Below are positions 37,560 through 47,118 of a stretch of DNA of 64,000 bases, in pieces. The stretch covers positions 11,997-75,996 of the forward strand of contig CAJPPK010000007.1 of the NCBI GenBank assembly GCA_905372565.1, in the 5' to 3' direction. The notes under the pieces were generated by a model that made no database searches, had not been told where the DNA came from, and saw nothing but the letters and a program-made list of their open reading frames with translations. Position 1 is the first letter of the stretch. Each line of letters begins with the position of its first letter. The position numbers and the translations under genes were made by a program. This DNA is from an uncultured Porphyromonas sp. (GTDB lineage: Bacteria > Bacteroidota > Bacteroidia > Bacteroidales > Porphyromonadaceae).

Positions 37560-38834
37560 ATGTGGAAGATTGTCCAGGTTCTGCTTATTGCAGTCTTAGT
37601 TAACTGCTCTTACTACTCTTTTAGCTTTGCGGCTTTCCCAAATGCGCCTAACACGAAGATGCTTTTGGCGATGCTGGGGCTTTTATGGTTCCTTTTTGAC
37701 TCCTGGCGCCGAGGGAAGGGGGTTCCTTTCTCTCCAACGATGCTTACAGGAACGATCTTTGCAGGGCTGTATTCATTAGTTAACCTCATCGCTATCGAAA
37801 TTAATGATACGAATGACTATAGTTATGCCAACTACCTAACGACTTTCTTCGTCTGGGTCTTCAGTGTCTATCCAGCCTTAAGTTTGATGCGTATCGTTCA
37901 TGGATCCATCACGATCCCACGCATAACTTATTACCTAACAGCTGTGACAGTCTTCCAGTGTATTACTGCTCTTCTTATTGATAATTACCCTGGGTTTGAT
38001 GACTTCTGTTCGAGCATTGTTTTTTGGAGCTTAGAGTTTTTTGCTAGTATTGATCGTCTACGCTGTTTCAGTACAGCACTTGATCCAGCAGGAGTACGCT
38101 TTGCTCTTGTTCTTATACTTATTGCCGCAACGATCTGTGTCGATGAGCAGGTGCAGCAAAGTTACCTGAGACTTTATCTGCTTTTCATTGCTTATCTTCT
38201 CATTTCAGGGATTGGAAATATGGTTGCGAGAACTACATCCTCAGGGATGGGACTTGGGCTTCTTATACTTTTGATTCACAGTAATGCTGTTGGACTGAAG
38301 GTGCGTTCCTCTATGGTGCGTACTATGTCCATTTTTGCAGGTTTGCTTCTCATCGCGTTTGGTGTAGGGATTTACTTGTATAACACGAGTGACTATTATC
38401 GTGGACTATTAGAGTTTGCATTTGAGGGATTTTTCAGCCTCTTCAATCAAGGGGAGTTTCAGACAAGCTCGACAGACGTTTTGGCTACGATGTGGATTTG
38501 GCCAACGGATATGCAAACTTGGATCATTGGCTCTGGGATTTATGGCAGTTTTGCCTTTGGATCTGATATTGGTTACTGTCGATTGATCCTTTATTCGGGG
38601 TTGGTGGGTTTTGGCTTATTTGCTCTTAGCTTTATTTACTATGCTTTTCATTTCGCTGGTAAGTATCGTCCCTATCGCTGGCTCTTCTTGGCCTACTTAG
38701 CCATGACCTTTATTATTTGGATGAAGGTGTCGACTGATATTATGATGATTTATGCGTTCTTCTTTTGGTTTACTAAGCAAGAGGAAGATGCGATTAATGG
38801 TCTCATCCCTTTGGCTCAAAATACTGACGTATGA
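37560..38834 (+). CDS. O-antigen/capsule polymerase (Wzy-like) polytopic membrane protein
   Basis: 424 aa with 10 or more predicted TM segments and a large loop (..QGEFQTSSTDVLATMWIWPTD..). This is the most AT-rich gene of the locus by eye. Confidence 0.6.
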   Translation: MWKIVQVLLIAVLVNCSYYSFSFAAFPNAPNTKMLLAMLGLLWFLFDSWRRGKGVPFSPTMLTGTIFAGLYSLVNLIAIEINDTNDYSYANYLTTFFVWVFSVYPALSLMRIVHGSITIPRITYYLTAVTVFQCITALLIDNYPGFDDFCSSIVFWSLEFFASIDRLRCFSTALDPAGVRFALVLILIAATICVDEQVQQSYLRLYLLFIAYLLISGIGNMVARTTSSGMGLGLLILLIHSNAVGLKVRSSMVRTMSIFAGLLLIAFGVGIYLYNTSDYYRGLLEFAFEGFFSLFNQGEFQTSSTDVLATMWIWPTDMQTWIIGSGIYGSFAFGSDIGYCRLILYSGLVGFGLFALSFIYYAFHFAGKYRPYRWLFLAYLAMTFIIWMKVSTDIMMIYAFFFWFTKQEEDAINGLIPLAQNTDV

Positions 38835-39982
38835 AGATCATCTATTGTATCCCAGCGACCTCTAACTCGGGAGGAATGGAGCGCGTCCTAGCGAGGAAGG
38901 TGAATTACCTAGCAGAGCGTGGCTATGAGCTAGCGATTATTACTACCGATCAGCGAGGGAAGGCTCCCTTTTTCCCACTCCATGCTAGCATCACGCAGTA
39001 TGATCTGGGGATCAATTACGATGAGAACAACGGTCAAGGGCTTCGGGCGAAGCTGAGAGCATATCCACGAAAGAAGCGCCTGCATCGTGAGCGACTCTCC
39101 AAACTATTAGTAGAGCTTCAGGCTGACATTGTCATCTCTATGTTTGGGGATGATGCGGACTTTCTGCCAAGTATTCAAGATAGCAGTCGTAAGGTGCTGG
39201 AGTATCACTTCTCAAAGCTCAAGCGCCTGCAATATGGTCGTAAGGGACTTTGGCGTATGATCGATCACTACCGCACGTGGCGTGATGAGTCTACGGTGCG
39301 AGGCTATGATCGCTTCGTTGTTTTGACGGCCGAAGATGCAGGATACTGGGGAAGCCTTCCAAATATCCAAGTGATCCCCAATCCTTTGCCATTTACTTCT
39401 GAAGAAGTCTCAGATTGTACCTCCAAGCGAGTCCTCGCTGCTGGGCGGTATGACTTCCAGAAGAATTTCTCCCTCCTTCTGCGGATTTGGTCTCAGATCG
39501 CTCCCAGCTATCCGGACTGGAAGCTGGAGATTATCGGGGATGGAGCGCTCCGTCCCGCCTTGGAGGAGGAAGTTGTACAGCTAGGACTCTCATCTTCTGT
39601 CGAGCTCTCTCGTCCGACCCAAGAGATGCAGGCGGTCTATCTGCATTCTTCTGTCTATGCGATGACTTCTCGCTATGAGGGGCTACCTATGGTGCTGATC
39701 GAAGCGCAACAGATGGGACTGCCTATTGTCTCTTTTGCTTGTCCTTGTGGTCCACGTGATGTGATCCATGAGGGCGAAGATGGATTCCTGATACCCTTAG
39801 GCGAGGAAGACGCCTTCGTCCGTGCACTACGTCTGCTCATGGACTCTGAGGCAGAGCGCCAGCGTATGGGACGGGCAGCTCGTCTCTCTTCTGCTCGCTA
39901 TGATGTAGACACGATCATGGCGCATTGGATCCAGCTCTTCGATACCCTCTCCGTTACTCCTTCTTCAACTCCTGTCTCATGA
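38831..39982 (+). CDS. Glycosyltransferase family 4
   Basis: GT-B C-terminal motif EGLPMVLIEAQQMGLPIVSF. ATGA overlap with the upstream gene. Confidence 0.85.
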   Translation: MKIIYCIPATSNSGGMERVLARKVNYLAERGYELAIITTDQRGKAPFFPLHASITQYDLGINYDENNGQGLRAKLRAYPRKKRLHRERLSKLLVELQADIVISMFGDDADFLPSIQDSSRKVLEYHFSKLKRLQYGRKGLWRMIDHYRTWRDESTVRGYDRFVVLTAEDAGYWGSLPNIQVIPNPLPFTSEEVSDCTSKRVLAAGRYDFQKNFSLLLRIWSQIAPSYPDWKLEIIGDGALRPALEEEVVQLGLSSSVELSRPTQEMQAVYLHSSVYAMTSRYEGLPMVLIEAQQMGLPIVSFACPCGPRDVIHEGEDGFLIPLGEEDAFVRALRLLMDSEAERQRMGRAARLSSARYDVDTIMAHWIQLFDTLSVTPSSTPVS

Positions 39983-41082
39983 AGCGAATAGTCATCTCTG
40001 CGGTCAATCTTCGCAAGGGAGGGACGCTGACTATCCTACGCCAATGTCTTTCGTTCCTCTCCGAGTGGGCTCCTAAAGCAGGCTACGAGGTCGTCGCTCT
40101 AGTGCATAAGCAGGAGCTCGCGGACTATCCTAATATTCGCTACATCGAGCTCCCTTGGGCTGCTACTGGCTGGCTCAAGCGTCTGTGGTGTGAGTATGTC
40201 ACCATGGGGAAGATCTCCCAAGAGCTGGGAGAGATCGATTTATGGCTGTCTCTTCATGATACAACGCCTCGAGTGAAGGCGAAGCGTCAGGCAGTTTATT
40301 GCCAGACGTCCTTCCCATTCTTGAAGTGGCGGTGGAGAGATTTTAGCTTTGATAAGAAGATCCCTCTCTTTGCGATGTTCACCCGCTTTGCTTACCAGTT
40401 CGGAATTCGGAGAAATAGTTACCTCGTTGTCCAGCAGGAATGGTTACGTGAGGGCTTTAGTCGCATGTTTGGCTTGCCTAAGGAGCGCTTTATCGTTGCG
40501 CCACCACCTCGAGAGCCTTTACCCAAGCTGGACCTTAAGAAAGAGGAGGGGGCACCCTTTAACTTCCTCTATGCAGCGACCCCTGATGGGCATAAGAACT
40601 TCGAGTTGCTCTGTGAGGCTACGCAGGAGCTGGAGCGACGTGTTGGGAAAGGGAAGTTCCGCACCATCCTCACGATCAGTGGACAGGAGAATAAGTACGC
40701 CCGTTGGCTCTATGAGCAATGGGGGACCTGCTCTAGTCTTGATTTCCGGGGATTCCTTTCCAAGGAGGAGCTACAGAAGACATACGCTTTGACGGACTGT
40801 CTGGTGTTCCCTTCACGTATCGAGACATGGGGGTTACCGATCTCGGAGTTCTTGCCTTATGAGCGCCCCATGCTCTTGGCAGACCTCCCCTATGCCCATG
40901 AGACCTCTCGGGGAGCGGTCGCTGTAGGCTTCTTTAATCCTACTCAAGTCAATGATCTAGTCGATGCTATGCAGGCTGTCCTGGAGGGGCATTTAGAAGG
41001 GCTAAAGGGGCAACAGTGTTGCCCCATCGGAGGCAATACTGTTGCCTCTTGGGAGGCACTACTGTTGCTCCTTTTGGGTTAA
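39979..41082 (+). CDS. Glycosyltransferase (GT-B, family 1/4-like)
   Basis: The ATG at 39979 overlaps the preceding stop (ATGA). Motif ETWGLPISEFLPYERPMLLAD. The last ~25 codons and the stop codon lie inside repeat L4. Confidence 0.75.
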   Translation: MKRIVISAVNLRKGGTLTILRQCLSFLSEWAPKAGYEVVALVHKQELADYPNIRYIELPWAATGWLKRLWCEYVTMGKISQELGEIDLWLSLHDTTPRVKAKRQAVYCQTSFPFLKWRWRDFSFDKKIPLFAMFTRFAYQFGIRRNSYLVVQQEWLREGFSRMFGLPKERFIVAPPPREPLPKLDLKKEEGAPFNFLYAATPDGHKNFELLCEATQELERRVGKGKFRTILTISGQENKYARWLYEQWGTCSSLDFRGFLSKEELQKTYALTDCLVFPSRIETWGLPISEFLPYERPMLLADLPYAHETSRGAVAVGFFNPTQVNDLVDAMQAVLEGHLEGLKGQQCCPIGGNTVASWEALLLLLLG

Positions 41083-41092
41083 CACTAGCAAC
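41009..41092 (+). repeat. Family-1 element, copy L4, overlapping the 3' end of a glycosyltransferase gene
   Basis: Units at 41009 (GGCAACAGTGTTGCC, self-palindromic), 41032, 41055 and 41078 (23-bp period). It lacks the CCAACTAGTA leader. The next ATG is at 41101. Confidence 0.8.
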
Positions 41093-41100
41093 ACTGAACT

Positions 41101-42225
41101 ATGAAGATATTACAACTAGGAAAGTTCTATCCGATCCGTGGTGGAGTCGAGAAGGTGATGGAGATCTTCACCGAAGGGCTAGCCGAGCGTGGCTATGCTT
41201 CGGATATGCTCTGTGCTTCTCATGATGGACGGGTCGATGACATCATCTTGGGCGACGAATCGAAGATCATGCGCACCAAGACGTGGATGAAGCTAGCCGC
41301 CACGATGATTTCACCAGCGATGATCTGGCGCCTACGTAAGATCTGCCGTGAGTATGACATTATCCACATTCACCACCCAGATCCGATGGCGACAGTGGCA
41401 CTCTTCTGCTCGGGCTATAAGGGGAAGGTTGTCCTGCATTGGCATAGCGACATCTTGAAGCAGAAGTTTCTTCTTCGCTTCTTTGCTCCCCTACAGAATT
41501 GGCTCATCCGTCGAGCTGACTTGATCCTCGGCACGACACCTGTCTATGTGAAGGAGTCTCCCTTCCTAAGTAAGGTGCAGTTGAAGACGGGCTACCTGCC
41601 TATCGGGGTCGATCCACACCCTTGGCTAGCCGATGAGATCCGTGAGATCCGCCAGCAGTATCCTGACAAGAAGATCCTCTTTAATATCGGGCGTCTAGTC
41701 TCCTACAAGGGGTACCAGTATCTCATCGAAGCCATGGTACACCTTCCTCAGGAATATGTCTTGCTTATCGGAGGGAAAGGTCCGCTCAAACAAGAGCTAC
41801 AAGAGTTCATCGATCGCTTGGGCCTCCAGGAGCGTGTTAAGCTTCTAGGCTTCATCTCGGATACGCTTAAGCCTGCCTACTTCGGAGCTTGCGATGTCTT
41901 CTGTCTCAGCTCCACGCTCAAGACCGAGGCTTATGCCATCGTGCAGGTCGAAGCGATGTCTCTTGGACGACCTATCGTCGCTACCGAGATCCCTGGGTCA
42001 GGTGTAGCATGGGTCAATGCCCACCAAGAGTCTGGCCTGAATGTCCCGATCGAAGATGCTCCAGCACTCGCTCAGGCCATTCAGAAGATTTGCCAAGATC
42101 CCGAGCTCTGGAGCTCCTATAGCAAGGGTTCACGCCAACGTTTCTTCGAAATCTTTACGAAGGATGAGATGATCAACCAGCTCATTCGTATCTATACAGA
42201 ACTCCTCCATCCTACCATCCCATAG
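41101..42225 (+). CDS. Glycosyltransferase family 4
   Basis: 374 aa with the GT-B motif KTEAYAIVQVEAMSLGRPIVAT. Confidence 0.85.
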   Translation: MKILQLGKFYPIRGGVEKVMEIFTEGLAERGYASDMLCASHDGRVDDIILGDESKIMRTKTWMKLAATMISPAMIWRLRKICREYDIIHIHHPDPMATVALFCSGYKGKVVLHWHSDILKQKFLLRFFAPLQNWLIRRADLILGTTPVYVKESPFLSKVQLKTGYLPIGVDPHPWLADEIREIRQQYPDKKILFNIGRLVSYKGYQYLIEAMVHLPQEYVLLIGGKGPLKQELQEFIDRLGLQERVKLLGFISDTLKPAYFGACDVFCLSSTLKTEAYAIVQVEAMSLGRPIVATEIPGSGVAWVNAHQESGLNVPIEDAPALAQAIQKICQDPELWSSYSKGSRQRFFEIFTKDEMINQLIRIYTELLHPTIP

Positions 42226-42235
42226 TACGGAATCT

Positions 42236-42832
42236 ATGAATACAATCGAACGATTTATCAAGCGAGCTTTTGACTTCTCGCTAGCACTTGTCTCTCTTGT
42301 CGTCTTCTCTCCGCTTATTGCCTTGATCGCTCTATTGATCAAGTGGGAGGATCCTCAAGGGGATGTCATCTATAAACAGGAGCGTATTGGCTATAAGGGA
42401 CGTCCCTTTATCCTCTACAAGTTCCGCTCCATGCGTATGGATGCGGAGGCAAATAACTCTCCTCAGCTTTTTACCGATGGCGATAGCCGTCTGACGAAGG
42501 TCGGAGCTTTCATCCGTGCTCACCACTTGGATGAATTCCCTCAGCTATGGAATGTGATCAAGGGAGAGATGTCCTTTGTTGGTCCTCGCCCCGAGCGTCA
42601 GTTCTTCATCGATCAGATCATGGAGCATAACCCCGACTATACTCGTCTTTATGCTGTGCGTCCAGGGCTCTTCTCCTATGCGACGCTCTACAATGGGTAT
42701 ACTGATACGATCGAGAAGATGCTGGAGCGCCTACGTCTAGACCTGAAGTATCTAGATAACTACTCCCTCTGGGTAGATGTGAAGATCATCTTCCTTACTG
42801 CCTTTTCTATTATATTTGGTAAGAAATTCTAA
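42236..42832 (+). CDS. Priming sugar-phosphate transferase (small bacterial sugar transferase / PGT family)
   Basis: 198 aa with one N-terminal membrane helix and the motif DEFPQLWNVIKGEMSFVGPRP. Confidence 0.9.
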   Translation: MNTIERFIKRAFDFSLALVSLVVFSPLIALIALLIKWEDPQGDVIYKQERIGYKGRPFILYKFRSMRMDAEANNSPQLFTDGDSRLTKVGAFIRAHHLDEFPQLWNVIKGEMSFVGPRPERQFFIDQIMEHNPDYTRLYAVRPGLFSYATLYNGYTDTIEKMLERLRLDLKYLDNYSLWVDVKIIFLTAFSIIFGKKF

Positions 42833-42844
42833 ACGACTCACGAT

Positions 42845-43708
42845 ATGATAATGATCAAAAGACTCTTTCGCTCGAGTGTGTTTGCTCTTGGCGCTTTGTT
42901 GACGCTGGCACTCTCCTCCTGTGACTCTGCATACCGTACGAACTATCTGCAGGATATCGAGACGGCCAAGGCTTATGGAGTTAAGTATAACTCGGAGATT
43001 GTGGTTCAGAAGGGAGACAAGCTACGTATCTTGGTCTCCAGTCTGCGTAATCCCGAGTTGACTCTACCTTTCTCCAATCGTACTATTGGAGTAGCAGTCC
43101 CTTCTGCTCTTCAGGGGGATAAGGTCGCTGCAGCAGATACGACATCGTCTTACCTAGTCGATGCTCAGGGGAATATCCAGTTCCCGATCCTCGGCAATCT
43201 CCCTGTCCAAGGCCTCAGCCTTGATCAAGTGAGTGAGCTCGTTCAGTCTCGCTTGATCGCAGGGAAGTATCTGGCAGACGCCCATGTGACGACCAAGTTT
43301 GATAACCTTCGTGTTTACCTTCTTGGTGCCTTCGAAGGAATTGTTACGGGTAGTGCAGGTAGCCAGGGGGTCGCTGATCGTGGATCTTTCCATCTTGATA
43401 ATCCACAGACCAATATCCTGGAGCTGATCGCCCGCACGGGTGGACTCTCCGAACGAGCAGACTTCTCAAAGGTGAATGTTATTCGCCGTGTCGGGAACGA
43501 GTATGTCTACTATCGCCTGGATATGCTCTCGAAGAATATCTTCGACTCTCCAGCTTTCTATCTGCAGCAGAATGACATTATCTATGCTGAGTATCGCTAT
43601 CGTACACGAGATACAGAGCAGAAGGTTCTCAGCACCGTGGGCTATGTCACGACGGCGATGTCTACCATCGTTTCCGCTGTTGCTCTTGTCACCCTTCTTA
43701 AGCGTTAG
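42845..43708 (+). CDS. Polysaccharide export outer-membrane lipoprotein (Wza/BexD-like)
   Basis: Lipobox LALSSC. Poly_export/SLBB-type motifs (VVQKGDKLRILV; PILGNLPVQGLSLDQVSELVQSRL). Confidence 0.8.
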   Translation: MIMIKRLFRSSVFALGALLTLALSSCDSAYRTNYLQDIETAKAYGVKYNSEIVVQKGDKLRILVSSLRNPELTLPFSNRTIGVAVPSALQGDKVAAADTTSSYLVDAQGNIQFPILGNLPVQGLSLDQVSELVQSRLIAGKYLADAHVTTKFDNLRVYLLGAFEGIVTGSAGSQGVADRGSFHLDNPQTNILELIARTGGLSERADFSKVNVIRRVGNEYVYYRLDMLSKNIFDSPAFYLQQNDIIYAEYRYRTRDTEQKVLSTVGYVTTAMSTIVSAVALVTLLKR

Positions 43709-46113
43709 TGGTAATGGCTAATCAAGATAATAGACCAGCGGTAAAGCAGGACTCGGCAAGTGAGATTAACCTGCTAGATATCTTCTTCTACCTACTCCGC
43801 TACTGGTACCTTTACGTGTTAAGCGTAGGACTTATCGTAGCCTTCGCACTCTATCGTAATGCTAAGCAGCCTTACGTCTATGAGTCTTCCGTGAAGATCT
43901 TCATCAAGGATGCTTCGCAGCGAGCCATGATGGATGCTGATGTGCTACGCTTTGCTCGAACCAATCGACTCAACATGGATAACGAGCAGATGCAGCTGAC
44001 CTCAAGGCGAGTCATCGAGCGCACCGTGAAGATGGCTAATGCCAATGTCTTTTATAAGGCACAGGAAGGCCTTCGCCAGATTGAGCTTTATAACGAGTCT
44101 CCTTTCTCTATGAAGTTCCTCGATACGCTTGATCGTGCGACCTCTTTTGTCGTGCGTTATAGTGATGCGGGACATGCTTTAGTCATCCCCGCTGGGCGGA
44201 AGAAGGCCATTACGGTACCTCTTAATGTCCCTGTCAAGATTGGAGAAGAACGCTTTATTATCGAGCCACGTGATAGTTACAACAGTCCATGGAAACATGC
44301 TTCGATACAGGTACAGAGAGCATCTTTCTCTCAGACTGTACGCTATTACCAAAAGGCCGTTACGATTACTCAACCAGTAAATCGTGCCTCTACGCTGACT
44401 CTTGATCTACAGGATCAGAATAAGAAGCGTGCACTAGATATTCTCTTAGCCCAGGTCGCAGCATACAACCAAGAAGAACTTGATATGCGCAATCAGGTCG
44501 CTAAGAATACGGCAGACTTCGTGAATGATCGTTTGGCTACCCTTAGCCAGGAGCTAGGTTTGGTAGAAGGCGACATGGAGCGTTTCCTCATCTCAAACCG
44601 AACGATTGACTTTGATAGCAAGGTGGGGCGCTTCAACTCTCGCTCCGCTGAGACCGAAACGCAGGTTCTAGAGATTGAGACCCAGCTCAAGCTCGTTTCC
44701 TATATGCTTTCACAGATCAATTCTGCTGGCAAGCAATACGGATATCTTCCGCTAAATATTGGAGCTCCTGATCCAGCCCTTGATGGCTATATCAATCAGT
44801 ATAACCAGCTCAAGTCTCAGCGTGATAAACTCATCGAGGGAGCGGGAGGAAGCACAGAGAATCCTGTGATTACTGAGTATGATCGTGCTCTAGATGAACT
44901 TCGTCGCAGTGCTGTCGAAAGTCTAAATCAGCGTGCTTCTCTCCTTCGTGCACGTCTTAAGGATACAGAGGGTATTCAGTCAAGCCTCCTCTCTAAACTT
45001 CCAGAAGTCTCTAATCAAGGTCGTGAAAAGGCCGATATCGATCGTCGCCTAGAGATCCGTCAGGCTCTCTATACCGAGCTCCTAAACAAAAGAGAAGAGT
45101 ATGCTCTACGTCAGGCAATGACGCAGGATAGCGCAACCATCCTTGATATGAATGATGCGCCAGCTCCTCCTATTAGCCCTAATACGACGCGAGCGGTTCT
45201 AATCGCCCTACTTGTAGGATTGGCTCTCCCATCGATCTTCTTGATCATTCGTCTTCTCTCCGATAATAAGGTGCGTAGCCGTAAGGATATCATGGATAGA
45301 GTCTCCATCCCCTTCCTTGGCGATATTCCTAAGGAAGAAGAGGCTCGTCGTGGTCATACACGTGGTGCTCGTGAGCAGGGCTCTGATGAGACTTCTGAGG
45401 CCTTCCGCGTCCTCCGTGAGAATCTCCGCTTCATGGTTAACTCTAGTGAAGGTGAGTCAAAGAAGAAGATCATCTTTACCTCGTTTGGTGAGTCTGCAGG
45501 TAAATCTTATGTGTCTTATAACCTAGCCAAGACGCTTGGTTTTGCTGGTTATCGAGTTGCCTTGGTAGACCTTGATCTGCGTAAGGGTACGCTATCTCGA
45601 CGTATAGGGCTCTCTGGAGTAGGGGTTACCGAGTATCTGGCTAATGGAGATATCCAGCTTGCTCAGATTATTCGTAAGGATCCTAATGATCCGAAGCTCT
45701 CTGTTGTGATTGCTGGTGCTGTGCCTCCTAATCCTGCCGAGCTCCTTCTTGGCCGTCGTTTAGATCAGTTGGCAGATGCACTCAGTGCTGAGTATGACTA
45801 TGTGATCTTCGATAACGTGCCCTTCGGTAGTGTCGCTGATGCTGCTATTGCTAACCGTGTGGCTGACCTAACGATCTTTGTTCTGCGTGCAGCTAAGCTC
45901 GATCGCCGCGCTCTGCCTGAGCTCCAGCGTCTCTATGATGAAGATATCCTTCGTAATATGGCTCTTGTCCTCAATGGTGCTACGGAGAGTGGTCATGGTT
46001 ATGGCTACGGCTACGGTTATGGCTATGGTTACGGCTATGGCTATGGTTATGGCAACAAGAAAAAGAAGAGCCCACTACGCCGTCTTCTTCGTCGCTTAGG
46101 TATTAAGCGTTAA
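43708..46113 (+). CDS. Polysaccharide co-polymerase / BY-type tyrosine autokinase (Wzc-like)
   Basis: 801 aa. Wzz-type N-terminal domain with coiled coils, a second TM segment, a P-loop FGESAGKS, DLDLRKG, Walker B YDYVIFDNVP, and a C-terminal (GY)9 cluster. The true start may be the ATG at 43714. Confidence 0.9.
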   Translation: MVMANQDNRPAVKQDSASEINLLDIFFYLLRYWYLYVLSVGLIVAFALYRNAKQPYVYESSVKIFIKDASQRAMMDADVLRFARTNRLNMDNEQMQLTSRRVIERTVKMANANVFYKAQEGLRQIELYNESPFSMKFLDTLDRATSFVVRYSDAGHALVIPAGRKKAITVPLNVPVKIGEERFIIEPRDSYNSPWKHASIQVQRASFSQTVRYYQKAVTITQPVNRASTLTLDLQDQNKKRALDILLAQVAAYNQEELDMRNQVAKNTADFVNDRLATLSQELGLVEGDMERFLISNRTIDFDSKVGRFNSRSAETETQVLEIETQLKLVSYMLSQINSAGKQYGYLPLNIGAPDPALDGYINQYNQLKSQRDKLIEGAGGSTENPVITEYDRALDELRRSAVESLNQRASLLRARLKDTEGIQSSLLSKLPEVSNQGREKADIDRRLEIRQALYTELLNKREEYALRQAMTQDSATILDMNDAPAPPISPNTTRAVLIALLVGLALPSIFLIIRLLSDNKVRSRKDIMDRVSIPFLGDIPKEEEARRGHTRGAREQGSDETSEAFRVLRENLRFMVNSSEGESKKKIIFTSFGESAGKSYVSYNLAKTLGFAGYRVALVDLDLRKGTLSRRIGLSGVGVTEYLANGDIQLAQIIRKDPNDPKLSVVIAGAVPPNPAELLLGRRLDQLADALSAEYDYVIFDNVPFGSVADAAIANRVADLTIFVLRAAKLDRRALPELQRLYDEDILRNMALVLNGATESGHGYGYGYGYGYGYGYGYGYGNKKKKSPLRRLLRRLGIKR
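45997..46050 (+). repeat. Hexanucleotide coding repeat (GGY-TAY)x9 encoding (Gly-Tyr)9
   Basis: The sequence reads ggt tat ggc tac ggc tac ggt tat ggc tat ggt tac ggc tat ggc tat ggt tat. Synonymous positions vary between units. Confidence 0.9.
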
Positions 46114-46128
46114 GCTTTTCTCCTTCAA

Positions 46129-47103
46129 GTGTCCTTTTCTTCCTCCCCGCTACTCTCGGTTATTGTACCCGTCTACAACGTTGCTCCCTATTTAGAGCAA
46201 TGTGTGGAGTCTATCCTTAGTCAGCCCTACAAGGCTCTAGAGGTGATTCTTGTAGATGATGGGGCGACCGATGGTAGCGGGGAGCTTTGTGATCGTCTTG
46301 CTCAGTCTGATGAGCGGGTACGTGTCCTGCATCAGCCGAATGCCGGGCTTTCTGCAGCGAGGAATGCTGCTCTAGAGCAACTCTCGGGAGAGTTCTTTAC
46401 GTGTGTTGACTCGGACGACTGGTTGCCTGAGGACGCGTGGATCTGTCCGATGAGCTACTTGGAGGAGCACTCTGAGGTAGACTTGTTAGAGCTCGGCTAT
46501 GTCGAGGTCGTGGAGCATACTGGTGCGGAGAAATGGATCCTGCACACAGGAGCTTCACTAAGTCCTCAGGAGGCCGTTGAGTCTTTGGCTAAGCTCTCAG
46601 GTGTGACCGGGATGGCCTGGGGGAAGATCTTCCGTACCTCTGTTCTGGGAGGTCTACGCTTCCCTGTCGGACGTCCCTATGAAGATATTTCTTTCGTCTT
46701 TGAAGCGCTGTGTCATACACGTAGCTATCGCTATATGTCATGGCAGGGATACTTCTATCGCATCGGGCGAGCAGGGAGTATTACAGAGCGTTACGATGCC
46801 CGCTTAGCTTATCTCTTTACGAATCTTCAGGAGCTGACGCCTATGGTTGAGAGAATCGCACCGGCCTATCTCCCTTGGCTGAATGAGACCCTCTATCGGC
46901 GACTATTGATTTTCTCTCTTTGGGGTATACGTCATCGGAAGGAATCTCCTGACCTACTCCCAGCTTTACTCCCTTGGGCTAGTCGACTTCGTGGGCTTAG
47001 TTATCCTCAAGCCTCGTGGAGGAATGTGCTTCGGAGGGAGTTATTTCTTCGCTTCCCTCGTCTCTTCCTAGCGGGGAAACGACTTACTTCTATATTATCC
47101 TAA
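46129..47103 (+). CDS. Glycosyltransferase family 2
   Basis: Motifs LSVIVPVYNVAPYLEQC, VDDGATDGS and VDSDD. GTG start. Confidence 0.85.
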   Translation: MSFSSSPLLSVIVPVYNVAPYLEQCVESILSQPYKALEVILVDDGATDGSGELCDRLAQSDERVRVLHQPNAGLSAARNAALEQLSGEFFTCVDSDDWLPEDAWICPMSYLEEHSEVDLLELGYVEVVEHTGAEKWILHTGASLSPQEAVESLAKLSGVTGMAWGKIFRTSVLGGLRFPVGRPYEDISFVFEALCHTRSYRYMSWQGYFYRIGRAGSITERYDARLAYLFTNLQELTPMVERIAPAYLPWLNETLYRRLLIFSLWGIRHRKESPDLLPALLPWASRLRGLSYPQASWRNVLRRELFLRFPRLFLAGKRLTSILS

Positions 47104-47118
47104 TACCTTATTACACCT

